64,000 nucleotides of DNA from Patellaria atrata CBS 101060. Lineage: Eukaryota. Shown here piece after piece: positions 1-12,753 of this stretch (the first letter of the stretch is position 1; every line of letters begins with the position of its first letter). Position numbers and translations under genes: made by a program. The notes under the pieces are model-generated. The model made no database searches and was not told the origin of the DNA. It was given only the letters and a program-made list of their open reading frames with translations. The stretch lies in contig MU006089.1 of NCBI GenBank assembly GCA_010093705.1, forward strand, positions 3,126,061 through 3,190,060. Reading direction: 5' to 3'.

Positions 1-3000
1 GAGCTTCTGCGATAGAGCCCAGAGATTGACGAGGACGTTCAGCTGTATTCCTCAAACAGTACAGTACCGAAAACTGCTGGAGATGAATCATTAAATCAAG
101 GGGGTGTAATAATACCTGATAATGATGATATTTTCTTGCATGTTGATATACGGGATCCTCATAGGTTCGAAGCCCTCGAGGGAAATATGACACGCGAATC
201 TGTGGGAGATACAGTATGACCAGCAGCGTGTGCACAGTCACACAGCAACCAAGCCTTTCACATGGAGTTCTTAGCCCATAACTTAAGTTGAAAGGTGACA
301 CTTCTCACAGCTCATTTAGGCGTCCCCATAACTGTATGTTGATTACAACGAACGGTCTTTCATACTCTTTTGGGTGCAAGGATCTGACCGGATATCCACG
401 CGACGGACGATTTACGTGAATCGAGGCGAATTGAAGTGATCGCCGACTGCCCAGTAAGGCGTGAGTTGACATGGCACGCATGGTGAGGCTGGTGAACAAT
501 GATCTACAAGATAGTTTTAGGCTATTACCTTCGAAAGACCTAGGCGTGGCTTGTACATGTACTGTACCCCTGCGCACAAAAGGTGATGAGAAACGAGAAA
601 AACAGCTCGCGAGCAACGACATGTTGATGTCGCATGCGGCAGCGGGCAGATCTTGCCCCCAGATGATACACCACCGCGTACCGCATACATTATTTCAAGG
701 CCAGGTTTGTGAAATCAGCAAACGTCTCAACCTGTAGCCCTTTTGTTTGATGATACTGTAGGGGTAGATCTTTGGAAAACGAATCGGAACATGCTGCCAT
801 CCCATAATCTCGAGGCGGCTGGGTTTGAGCAAAGCTCTGACATCTTTCATCTCAGGCACGCAGCCTCCAACATCTGAAAGCTGAGGCATGAGACGAAGAG
901 TTCGTTGATGGAAGACGAAGAAGGCAGGACAGTAAGGACATACCTCCGGTGGCGCTCTAGTTGTCGGCCACTATCATCGAATCATTTGAATGATTTGCAT
1001 GCAAATAATAGTTACTCGATTTTTCTTTTTCCCCGTAGTTGTCCGCTCAATTCTTCATCTCACGATTCGATATAGACGGCGATCGGTTTGTTCGGCGAGA
1101 AAGGCGTGGTACTATATATCTATCAGCGTGACACGAGACGACATGGAGGTGTATCCTTAAACGTCCAGATATCGGGGCAGTAAGTTACAGTACTGGGAGA
1201 ACTTACGGCATGATTCATGTGATGAATGACGGAAAAGGAACGACTTGGACCGGGTGGCCTCAGCCCCAAGCTACTAACCCAAGTAGAAGGGCGGGAGATG
1301 GTGTGAACGAAAGCCCATCAAGCCCTGAAGTCCCTGTAGGCTCTCAATTACTGTCGAGTGTCGACCCCGTAGATCTGTAACGAAGGAAGTCTAGGATTAC
1401 GTGCAAAAAACTAGCGCCTGCCCCACCGAGCTTTAGGTTGTTCTTGGATCGGATTCGCTTTTACTATCTTGTCTCGAGCGAGCCTCAATTCCTGTTCTCC
1501 CATCCCGCCGTTTGGCAATAGCAGAGAGGGGACCGCGAAAAGGCCTGAGGTTGCTGGATGATGACCTGGCCAGGAGAAAGGACCGCAGCCTAGCTGCCTA
1601 GCGACCTCATACCCTCAATACTTCCTTTTTCAATTGCATGCATCTTGTCCTGCATCTTTGCTTCCCTTCCATCATTCTAAAAGAAGCAATGGTGCTGCTT
1701 CTCGACGTACGCCTTGCCCGGTTGGCTCTTCTCTGCCTTATTTGATTCCTGACCTTCCTACGCTTCGTTCAAAAGGATACCTAGCCTTGTGAGCTTATAT
1801 ACCGTAGCGTGCCGTGCTTTGGCCGTGTATTGCTGTAAGCCTGTATTGTTTTCGATAATAAAAAAAAACCTCCCACTTTCCAATCCTCACTACTAGAACC
1901 TCAATCGGCTTCCCGTCCCTGGCGACCCTCCACGACATCTCACGGATCTCACTCTTTCCCTTCCTAGTTATTAAGGATTCAATCTTGACGACGACTGGTT
2001 GAGCTCAAAGCGTGGCGTTGGCGCTGTGCTTCCTCCCCTTACACGCTGTGTCATCCTGCTATTTACCTTAGAATCCAGTTCTCTGCTGCCGTGCCGATGC
2101 TTTAGAGGCCCGTCCACCTCTTTTCAGCCAGCGGAAGATTTTCCTTCTCTTAACTTATATACTAGCGAACTGGGTTCGGTGATTTTTTCCTACATAGGTT
2201 GGAGACCATAGAAGCTAGAAGTTGGAAGTAGGAACGGTCTGAAGAGCCGAAGTCTGCCGCCTTTCCTCCGCCGCAGCCACCAGCTTTTACTAGAGTTTAG
2301 CTCTGCTTGTCAGGCTGGACTTTATAAGGTACCTTACCGTTTTCATTCCAGAAGAGGCGTCGAAGGGCTGCCAATGAGAGCTTCAATTGTACCTTTCAGA
2401 CGTTCGTCATTTCCCTATATCCCACTCACCAGACTTCAATCTTCCTATAAAGTCCAGCCGAGGTCCCTCTAACTCAATCTGCTCAGAATATCTGGATTCC
2501 CATGTTACATTGATTTCTCCGAAAGGTGTCAGGATCAGCTCTCATCTCGGTCTCTCGTGATTTCATTCTATGCGTTGTCAATCCAGCAGAACTAGCATCC
2601 CAAAGATTGAAAGAAAACAGCTCACGTATACACAAAGTCGCGCAAACAGCGTTTCCTGAGATTCTAAGCCACGTGGATTCGCACGAGTCAATAGCGACCG
2701 GCACCTGTGCCTCACGTTTCCGATCCGCAGAGACAAGGAGACCCTTTTTTGCGCCTCGTTTCGAAGCACAGTTTCAAAGCCTTGTTGAACATCAACAGTC
2801 GTCATCTCAGGGATTTACCCCGCTGAATTGTGGGATCACATTGTCTGACGTCTGTCACTTGGGCGTCAACCTGTCTAGCCAAGGACATTACTGCCATTCA
2901 CAATAAAGAATCTCGAGGTCCACCTAGAAAAAGGTATCTTAGACCTGGCGCTGGATCCGAGCTACGCGCATTGAATTTTTATATCCAGACTATTGTGCCC

Positions 3001-3272
3001 TTCTTAACAGAAGTATGTGAGACTCCCCTCTTTCGAGTTGTATGTCCATATCTAACCAGACAGTCTTAACGGTTCAGTCCAGTGGGACTGTAGTACGTTG
3101 TGGTCTTCTGTGGCATTTCCTGTCAGCTACGTAGCTTTTGAGTGCTCCAGCAAAGAAGATACACTTAGAAAAGCTGGCATCCTTCTATGCTACTCCCCCT
3201 CTCTCGCCGTTGGCGCATCACAAGACCCTCAAACCCTCCCTGGGATCATCTCTGACAGGCCGGCACACTGGG

Positions 3273-3552
3273 ATGGAAAACAATGATAGACGACAGAGGC
3301 AGAACAACCCACCAATCTATGCAGGCCAACCATTACTTTCACAGGCATCGACATCCTATTCTCCTGCAGGCGGGTCAGGCCGTTTTCGACCTCCAGCATT
3401 GACAGCGCAATCTCCAACGTCAGCACCCGCCGAGGGTAGAACCGGACCTTCCCAGTATTATGGTTATGGAGAAGCGTCGCAGTTTAATGCGCCACAGGTT
3501 CCTTCTACTGGTATGCAGTATCAAACCGAGTACGGACCGGAGACGGCACGCG

Positions 3553-3606
<54 letters not shown>

Positions 3607-4591
3607 ATCAGTACGGATCGAATATGCCAAACATAATGTACAATGATCCTCAGCAACAGCAGACGTCCCCTCAGGCACCTTACGATACTGTGCAACCGTA
3701 CCAGTCACGGCAAACCGCTGCAGGACTCGATGTGCTATCGAACCAATTCAATGTTCCACAACAATATTATGTGCCAGGTGAAAGCGTCCCAACTAGTGAG
3801 CCCGCCAATGCTATTGCAACGCCAAATGTACCCTCGCAATATTCGTCGATCTCTTATACTTCGCAACAGACTCCTGCTGGACGAGAGTCTCTTGGTTCAC
3901 CATATGCGACAGGGATGTCGCAACACGCGCAAGGACAACCTCAAGGAGGGTACGACCAGTCCGCACAGCCCGACGATTTAGCTAAGGCGTACGAGGATTA
4001 TCAAGTTCAACTCAAGAAAGCTTTCAAGCAGGTTCATGACGGCCATCTCAGCGATGCTGGGAGGTTGATTGAACATTTGTCGAATTTTCTCGTCAGTCAC
4101 GCAGATTACTTTGGTAAGTTGGCTTGCGATTGAGCAAAATTGGCTTGCAGACTGAACATTGACCTTAGGCTTAGTTCGCGACATTGAGGGATTACATCAA
4201 GAAAGACTTGAGCTTTGGGAAAATTTCAACAACTGTTGGCTCGCACTTCTTCAGCGACAGAAAGATATGATGCAATCCATGGTTGATACAGGACAACGAC
4301 CAAATCCACCCGAGAGTCTCATGGATCAAGCATATCTGGAGTTCTTAGGGAAAGAAATCGTAAGGTTGTGCGATGTTATGGAGAAGCATGGGCTGGTTGA
4401 TTATCAACTCGGCATCTGGGAAGAAGAGATCATTGCGAGTAAGTGATTGCTATTGCGCAAAGAAATAATTGGTGCGCTAATAACGTCAAGTGATCACAAC
4501 TTGTCTCGACATGATCGAAAACAATCCAAATGTTCCCCTTTCGGAGCATTCACAAACCGCACCATCTGCCTCGACCTCTCGCAGACGATAG
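3273..4591 (+). CDS. Uncharacterised fungal protein: Q/S/Y/P-rich low-complexity N-terminus with polyQ, predicted helical C-terminal domain
   Basis: ATG at 3273 (MENNDRRQ). Introns 4114-4168 and 4439-4490 (both GTAAGT..AG) join the ORF pieces in frame: ...HADYF/GLVRD...WENFNNCWLALLQRQK...GLVDYQLGIWEEEIIA/MITTCLDMIE...RRR*. Stop TAG at 4589-4591. Confidence 0.8.
3555..3605 (+). repeat. (CAA)17 microsatellite encoding polyglutamine
   Basis: Uninterrupted CAA x17, in frame in the 3273 CDS. Confidence 0.97.
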
Positions 4592-5516
4592 AAACGTTGG
4601 CTCACACATTCGGCTTCACTCCACATATACACACACTCTATCTCTTTTGTTTTGGGTGGAACTTTGATCTTGGATGCATTGAATACTAGAAGAGCCTCTT
4701 TCCACTAGCATGATATCCCGGTTGCTTTAGAATTGCATGATTGTCCTTGCGGAAAGACGCTGCCAGATTTTCACCTCGAGACCGTCCGTAGTCATCGGGC
4801 GTTGAGTGGCTATGCTTCTGAATCATGGCGCGCCGTGTTTCCTTTGTTTTACAACCCCACATGAAGAATTTTGGGCTTCCTGATGGTCAGACGGAGTTTT
4901 GCATTTGTCAGGGATGGTTGGAAGATGGGGGGAAATATTCCAATGAGTTTATAGAAGGTAAAACTTGCATGGATGTATTGGCGACAGTGGCGTTCCAGCA
5001 AGACAGGCAAGATGTTTCGGTATTTGACTTTTTGTTTTTTTTTTGAGATATGATTGGGGAGCAAAGGAAGAGATGTGATTTTACGATGGTTGGGCAGGCT
5101 AGGGTAACAAAGAAAAGCATGAGGGTAACAGGTTAGGAAAAGTTTCTCTCTCAGGCTCGTACACATCTTTTCCTATGATCTCTTTTCGTAATCTCTTTCC
5201 ACTGCTTTGTACATATGGATCAACAAGTGTACAGTACAGCTTCTGTAACTTCCATTAGGTTAGGCCTAGTGTAACATTAGAAGGTTAGGTACCTTACTAC
5301 CTTACACATCCATTGGCAAATGAAGGCATCCTTTGACTGCGCTAAGGTAGTTCTAGCTCTTTAGTTACACTAGAATGCATTTCCGTTCCTGGATTCACAT
5401 CTAAATTTCTTGGCAAAGTCGTATGATTTGGGCTCTTTTTCAGCTCCTGGCATCCCGGTCTCCACTAAGGCTGTCGTAGCCTTAAGGTACCATACAGTCA
5501 TTTACCTTTGCTTACT

Positions 5517-5536
5517 GTACAGTACAGTACAGTACA
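5517..5536. repeat. (GTACA)4 pentanucleotide microsatellite
   Basis: gtacagtacagtacagtaca. Shorter copies of the same unit occur near 57-67, 5229-5239 and 6574-6589. Confidence 0.7.
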
Positions 5537-8500
5537 GCTTATCCAACTCTCACAAGCAGGGCTGGAACTGGTTCTACCTTCACCAAGGACCAAGGGACCT
5601 TACGTTTCGCATAATTACCTTTATGCTGCCCCTCACCTCCCGTCACCCCGCTTTCCGTTCTCAAACAAAGAAACAGAAGCCACAATCTAGACTAAATCCA
5701 TGAGATGATTAGTTCCATCTCTAACAAGCGAGATGGTCTTAAATGAGCATGAATTCAAATGGATAATAATAGCAACGGAAGTTGAGGTTTCGTCAATCTC
5801 TCCCTAATCCGAAATTGCTGTGCGGCCGTTAGGCGACGAATGAGAGGAGGGAGATGAGGTCAAAAGCACATCCCGTGTCCAAGGCATCGGGGCCGCCTCA
5901 GCGACGATCATCCGCCTGGGAAATCTGGTGCCCCTTTGTTCTCCCTTATCAGCCAGCCACTCACGTATTCCCCCAGTACAATGCTAAAGGTTTGCTAAAA
6001 ACCTTCTTGCTTTTTGTTCTCATTCCCACGAATCGGCGTTGCTGCCAGATCGCCCTGTTTTTATTCGCAATGCAATCGTGATGGAACTACTGACTCGGCA
6101 AAATTATACAGGTACACTACCAGAACACTTATCAATTATTGACAACTCATACCTTTTCAGCCTTGCATCTTTTTTGATGTCTTTTTCAATATCAACACCG
6201 CTTCTTGACTACTAGGCGAAATCCGACCTTCCGGTCCTGCTTGCGTTCTCGTCTCCAGGAGCATGGGTTTGTTGCATCCCCCCTTTTTCTGCTCCCTAGT
6301 TCATCCTTCACACCGAGGACTGTCAATACATAGCTTCCACTCATCACCACCAACAAAAACCAGCAAATTTTTGACTGGAATTAACATGGAACTGCATCCA
6401 ACTGCGTCACGATACGAGGACCCCTGCGTTCACAACCAGTGGTGAAACTGGAATACCAGCAACTCTTGTCGACGTGCGTCTTAAGGCGCGGGCCGCACCA
6501 TCAATGGGCGGGGACGGCAGGTTGCCTTGGGTCAAGAGCAAGGGAAGACGAACTCGACCGTACGATACTGTAAAGTACAGTACAGTACATGTTACTGCTT
6601 CCTTGACGCCGCCGTTGGGGTTCCTGTTGGATCTGACAATGCATCATCAGGTCCCCCGCGTGGAGGGGCACAGCAGTACGGACAACTCTAACCTCGGACG
6701 GCCTGGAGCACATCATATAGAAGACTCTCCAAGCACCTCGTCTGGTCACGTTATATCTCCGAATACACGCACTTCATACCGCCGCCGTCTCATCGCGACG
6801 CAGCGTCGTTCATGCGACCCCTTGGTCCCCATCGGATCCCCGTTTCGGGAAAGCGGGGCACTTTCCACAGAGGGATTAAACTCGGCACTCCCGACCCCGA
6901 CCAAAAACCAGCGTTTGCATAAACGTCAAATATTTGGAATCATAGATCTGGAAAAAAGAATATTTCAGATTTGTCTCTCACAGATGTTGAAACGTCAAGA
7001 TAATCCCGCTTTCTTATCGGCGGTCTTGTCTTGCGTTCATGCGTGAGGAGATCAGAGTAATCCGGCATGTATGGAGGAAAGGGCAATCTGCGACAGAAAT
7101 ATTTGTCAGGCTGAGTGACCTACGTGAACAACCAATTCTTTGGGTTTTTTTTTTCTTTGTGAGGATGAGGGATGGAGGATGGGGAATGAGACTGCACTGC
7201 TGTGATGGATGGCGGTCGAGAGTAGAGTAGCTATACATTACTCTACGGTGAGTAGAACGCGCTAGGGAAACGCGAGAGGAATCAGACTATACAGAAACCT
7301 GCCCCCCACCCCCCAGATTTTCTCACGACTCCATTCCTCTTCACACCAATCTGCTCGTGTACAATAAAAGGGTATGGTAATCCTTCGCCTCTTAGAAAAC
7401 ACCCTTCTACCCATCTCCGATCCGTGAACTCTCCCTTAGCAGATACTCTATCTATAATTAAATCCTCTACTACCGTTACCATTCCCATCCCCCTCTCTCC
7501 CCGTTTCCCCAGCAAACGGTGCAACTACCCTTTCCCTTTATCTCTAGCATCCGCAAACAGCCGCCGCTGAACTTGTCACCGCTGAACCCCTCTCGTATCA
7601 CTCTGTTCCACGACAGACCACAGATATGCTCGATCGTCTTTGTGCGGGGGAATTTGAGCGGGAGGTTGTATGGCTAGTTCTATCGACGCTTTCGTCGTCG
7701 TCTCATCACGACTACGGTCGGATTGGGACTTGGATGTGGAGGAGGTGAGGTGAGTTGAGGAGGTGAGGTGATCTGAGGAGGCGGGAGTATAAGTGAGGTA
7801 AGTGAGGTGAGTGCAATTTGGTCGGTTGCTTCGACGGAGTGATGAGGTGTGGTACCGTACGCTACTGATGTCTTAATGATTGGGTTTGGGGATGGGGGTT
7901 GATGGGGGTGGTCTACAACCCTCACCCCCACCAAAGAATTAAGCAAAATATATGAAGCGTTAAAACTTATCCAACTCCGTCCTCTTCCTCCCTACTTCCT
8001 CCTCCTTCGTTCCCTCCGGTATAACTCACTCCCTCAAAGGTAAGTTCGACCGCTGAAGACGGCAAAGGTGCCGATGTCCGCCGTTGTGGTATCTTGGTGT
8101 TTCTCTAGCTTTCGCAAGCAATACCTATCTAGACAGTACGAAACGAGCATACTTGGAGTTGATAGATGAATAGATATCTCGGTAAAGTCAATGTCGACTG
8201 GGAGGAGGCATTTTATAAACTTCAGAAAATGTATAGTCCTTCCCCTAGGTCAGCGTTCTGCTTCATGCTGTATGTTCTGAGAAGGCTCCAGTTTGTGGTT
8301 TTCGTAGAAGTCTGCCGAAGGTGGACTCTGCTACTGTACTGTATGCTTACTTGTTATAGGGTCCTCACCTCTATTATTCTTGTCCTAGGGTATGAGGAAA
8401 AGGAGATGGATGGGAAAAGTTAAAGAGATCAAAAATAGAAATGAAAGATTATGGACTCGGGCTGGAGATCTTACGTTACTGTAGGTTTCAAGTCCTTGAT

Positions 8501-8693
8501 ATCTATTTCCGTTTCCGATCTGTTTGTGATTATACGGATTAGACACTGCCAACGTGAACACCTGGAAGATGGTCTTTATAATCCTATACTTCTGTTAAAT
8601 ACGCCGCATAGTACGAGCTAGATTCGAGAAGGTAAGATATAGTACACACTAACATCGAAACGTGCATTTTCAAACCCCAATGAACGACCCTCC

Positions 8694-9525
8694 TCACACC
8701 GCTCTCCCCCCGTCCACCTCCAAATTCACCCCGGTAATAAACCTCCCCTCATCACTCGCCAAAAACAGCGCCGCATTAGCAACATCCATCGGCTCCGTCA
8801 GCCGTCCTAGCGGCACATTCGCAATCAACTTCTCCCGATTCTCCTTCGTATCCTCGACCCCGGCGAACGCGCTGAACAGGCCCGTACCACTCAGCAGCGG
8901 CGCGATGGCATTAACGCGGATCTGGTCCGGTCCGAACTCCGCAGCAAGCCCCTTAGTCGCATTCGTGACGGCGCCTTTGGTACCGTTGTACCAGACCAGC
9001 CCGGGCCGCGGCCGCACGGACCCGATGGAGGAAATGTTGATGATGCTGCCGCCCGTGCCTTGGGACTGCAGTTGCGGGACGCAGACGCGGACGGAGTGGA
9101 AGATGGACTTTACGTTTACGGTGAAGATGGTGTCGAACTCGGCTTCGGTGACGGAAAGGCTGGGTTTGTTCTTGTATGTCGTGCCGGCGTTGTTGACGAT
9201 GATGTCGAGGCGGCCCCAGGTGGCGAGGCATACGCTGACGGCTTCCTTCCAGTGGGATTCTTCAGTCACGTTCATTTTTAGGGTTTTGATGTTGGAGCTT
9301 TTTAGGCTTTGGGCGGTGGTGGTGGCGGCTGAGGAGTTGAGGTCGCCGATTAGGACTTTACAGCTTTCTTCGGCGAACTTTTGGGCTATTGCTGCGCCGA
9401 ATCCACTTGCGCCTCCTGCGAGTCCAGTTGTAAGTGCTTGGAGTTTTGGTTTGAGTGGTCGTCGGGAACGGACCTGTCACTATGGCAACCTTGCCGTCCA
9501 ACCTGTCCAAACCTTGGGATGTCAT
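8694..9525 (-). CDS. Classical short-chain dehydrogenase/reductase (FabG-like)
   Basis: MTSQGLDRLDGKVAIVT, then intron 9473-9416, completing TGGASGFG. Also NNAG, catalytic YNGTK, IRVNAIAP and C-terminal ITGVNLEVDGG. Confidence 0.93.
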
Positions 9526-10441
9526 TGTACCTTCGTTCAGATAGTAGTTATGAGAGAATATGGAGATATGTATTTTCGTTGTGATCTACACATCCATATA
9601 TATTTCAAGAGTTGCGGCAGTGTGAGTTGAACGTCATCAGGTCCTCAAAGTAAGCGGGGAAGGGGTAACGCGGGGTTTGTCACCTATTGTGGTAGAAGCA
9701 GCGGAAGTACTGTCCGTTTCTAGCAATACATACCACTTATTCTTCGTCTTACATGTAGAATTTTGCATGGTGCAGTTTGGTCTTATAGGAGAGGAACAGG
9801 TACACTCCCGTATCCGGGGAGAGATTGTTGGAGAAGCATAAACTAACCACGCTTCTAGGTCCTGTACAGCGGAGTACGCTAGGAACAATATCTTTACCTA
9901 TCTCGTCAATTCCGAGGCGGTAAGAACTGAAGGACACTGATAACGTGGTCCGCCCTCTTTGGGACGAGATATTGGATGTCAGTGAAAATTCGGTGCTGAA
10001 AGTTAACCATCGTCCTTCCCTACGTGCCTACGTCTGATCTAGATATGGGCAACAGCCTAGGAAACCGCGCGGTTTCCAAATTGCCGAGAGGTTGGGTCTT
10101 ATAACAGTCTTGTCAAAAGTTAATATCAGGGTCAAGTGTTTGATGGGTGATACTATCGCAGTAGAATAGGGGGTGAATAGGTGATGAGACAGAACCTGAA
10201 GGGGTCACTTTGGCACTCCCGCGGCTCGGCTATGAGCTGCACCATGGTCCGTGCGTAGTGACGAAACCGAACGCGAAAACACGAGGAACAAGTCATTGGA
10301 CGTTGAGATAAAGATTCCTACTCCCCTTGCTTTTAGGGCGGTGTGCTATTCTACCCTTCAATCAAATTTTGCTCGCGATTCTACATATGTAAAAGAGATA
10401 TCCATACTCTCCAAAAGCTCATATTTCTAACAATTGGCGAA

Positions 10442-12365
10442 ATGACGACTTTGATCCCTCGATCACCATATACGAAAGAGGAACTTGATAAGCTTTACCC
10501 TAAGGACCTACAAATCCAACTTGTTCAAATTGTAAGATGAAGTCTGGCGCACATTAGCCCATGCAACTTCACTCCCACTTCCCCTCCATATCTTCTCATA
10601 TAAAGACTAAGTTCTTCTTTCATCTAGCTTCTCCGTCATGGTTCGTCCAGTGTCATTGTGAAGCGCATGGTAGCTAAACTCTCTAGGCGAACGTACTCCT
10701 GTGTCCGCACGCTTTCAAAATGTGAGTGAGATCAACCGCAACTCAGTAGACCATTCACTAAATACATATCGCATAGGCCGGTTTAGCTCCTTGTATGATC
10801 ATCCCCTCGCGACTCTCTTAGAACGGTCACTGAAGTTCCCTAGACTGGCCATACTGTAGTGCAGCAAAACAAATAAAGAGCGTTATTTTGAATAACAAAG
10901 ATTTTAAAAACTGGGATGAGCTGAAGTATAGAAGAAGAATCGAAACATTCGGTAAGGGTGATACGCCCACTGTGGCTGGTGGACCAAGTGGCGAATATGA
11001 CTGTGTTTGGTAGGTCAATCTCAGAAAAATTCATACCAGGGATATGATGATAATGATGATGATTCAAGCACGCCCGGAGAACTAACAGATACGGGGCGCG
11101 AGACGACATTGGCACTTGGTCAACGATTACGGCATCTTTACGTTGAGCAACTAGGTTTCATGCCAAAGTTGATCTCGGACAGTGACATGATCTATCTACG
11201 AGCAACGCCAATTCCCCGAGCCTTGGAATCTGTCCAGCAGACATTTTGGGGACTGTATCCTCCTAGTGCGAGAACAGCAGATTTCCCGACGCCTACCATT
11301 ATAACGAGATCCTACCAGGATGAGACCCTTTTTCCGAATGACATACATTGTAAACGGTTCGCTCAACTAAGTAAAGCATTTGCACAGAGAAGTGCAGAAA
11401 AGTGGAATGACAGCGATGACATGAAGTACCTGACCGATCTACTCTCTAAGTGGATGCCTGATGGCAAGCCCGTAGCCGTTGACTCTAGCCCACGTCTATC
11501 TGGGATCATGGATACAGTCAATTCCACTCTAGCACATGGTAAAGAAACTCGTCTACCCTCTGAATTTTATGACAAGAAAGCCCGAGATATTCTCGACAAA
11601 GTGGTAAGCGAAGAGTGGTTTTCTGGTTATCGGGAATCGCTGGAATTCCGCGCTTTAGGTATTGGCGCATTATGGGGGGACATGATGAGCAGGATAACTG
11701 GAAGTGTCGAGCGAAATGGGCATGATGGTATAATAGAAATAGGCGGAGAAGATGGAGCTTTAGGACAGGGTAGGGGCGGAGAAAAGGACCTCAAACTCGC
11801 ACTCTCCGGATGTCACGATACAACCCTTGCTGGGGTAATAGCGAGTATAGGAGCGTTTGAGGATGAGAAATGGCCCCCTTACACGAGCCATGTAGCAATT
11901 GAGCTCCTCCGGAAGACTAGTAGGCCCTCTCCTACTAGTACAGATATCACTCCTGGGAAACCGGAAAGGGAGCAGACCAGTAGCTGGTGGTCCTCTCTCT
12001 TCGGCCTTGGAAAGAGTACTAGCAAACCTTTCGATACCAAAATCGGCCGTAGACCTATGGCTGATCTAACCGAAAGCCAGAGGAGATCTCTCGACGGCTA
12101 TTATGTGAGAGTGAGATACAATGATGAGGTTATGCAGATCCCAAGCTGTCGGGAACAAGGTAATCACTATGAAGGTGATACCTCTCTTTGCACTTTGGTA
12201 AGTAAAGTGTATTTGTTCTATTTCATCCGTTCAGAGCTAATATATATAAAGGAAGCTTTTAAGAACGTTGTCGATAGATTTATACCACAGAATTGGAAGC
12301 AAGCTTGTAATGCAAACTTGGATGCTCCACCCATTCCAGAAAAGCCCGAGCCGGCGGGATATTAA
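10442..12365 (+). CDS. Histidine acid phosphatase (branch 2)
   Basis: Inferred introns 10532-10627, 10641-10686, 10722-10776, 10793-10843, 11010-11068 and 12198-12251 rebuild LLRHGERTP and GELTDTG. The HD motif is in LSGCHDTT. Confidence 0.9.
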
Positions 12366-12753
12366 TATGTGATGGGAGCGATTTTGATGGTTACTGGCTC
12401 TGTACATACAATACCGTCACATCTCACGTAAATAAAGAGTGGTCCCTCGTCAGGAATTTAGTTTCTATTAGCCACAAATAGATTGTTCATTGTTAAATAC
12501 CTAATCTATTGTACATAAACGCTTAGAAACCTATGATGAATGTAATGTACGTGCGCTTCTGAGCTTAATAAATAGCCCTCTTCCGCAACCAATATGTTGT
12601 TCTGGTCCATAGATGCGATTTGATAAAAATGTACGGACTTTTGGCGGAATTAAGAAGTCCAATGCCAAGCCTAGATTTTCCAAATATTTTCTGGACCTCA
12701 GATATTCGAAGCTCGGACACGCAAATTCAACAACATATCAACGACTGCGCGGA

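Noticed and set aside
1..3272. Short ORFs upstream of the polyQ gene, and a possible telomerase RNA
   Set aside because: No protein motifs or consistent splice structure; no CTAACCCTAA-type template seen.
6474..7046. 190-aa ORF in the intergenic gap
   Set aside because: Non-ATG start, runs through a microsatellite, and has no recognisable domain.
8662..9630. 322-aa plus-strand ORF
   Set aside because: Antisense shadow of the SDR gene; GTG start and no motifs of its own.
12533..12562. ATGATGA...CTGA, resembling C/D snoRNA boxes
   Set aside because: Only 30 nt apart, with no terminal stem or downstream D box.
12613..12753. Upstream in-frame ATG extending DRS1
   Set aside because: The extension is not Drs1-like. 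ATG 12754 (MASTRK) fits better, though this is not proven.
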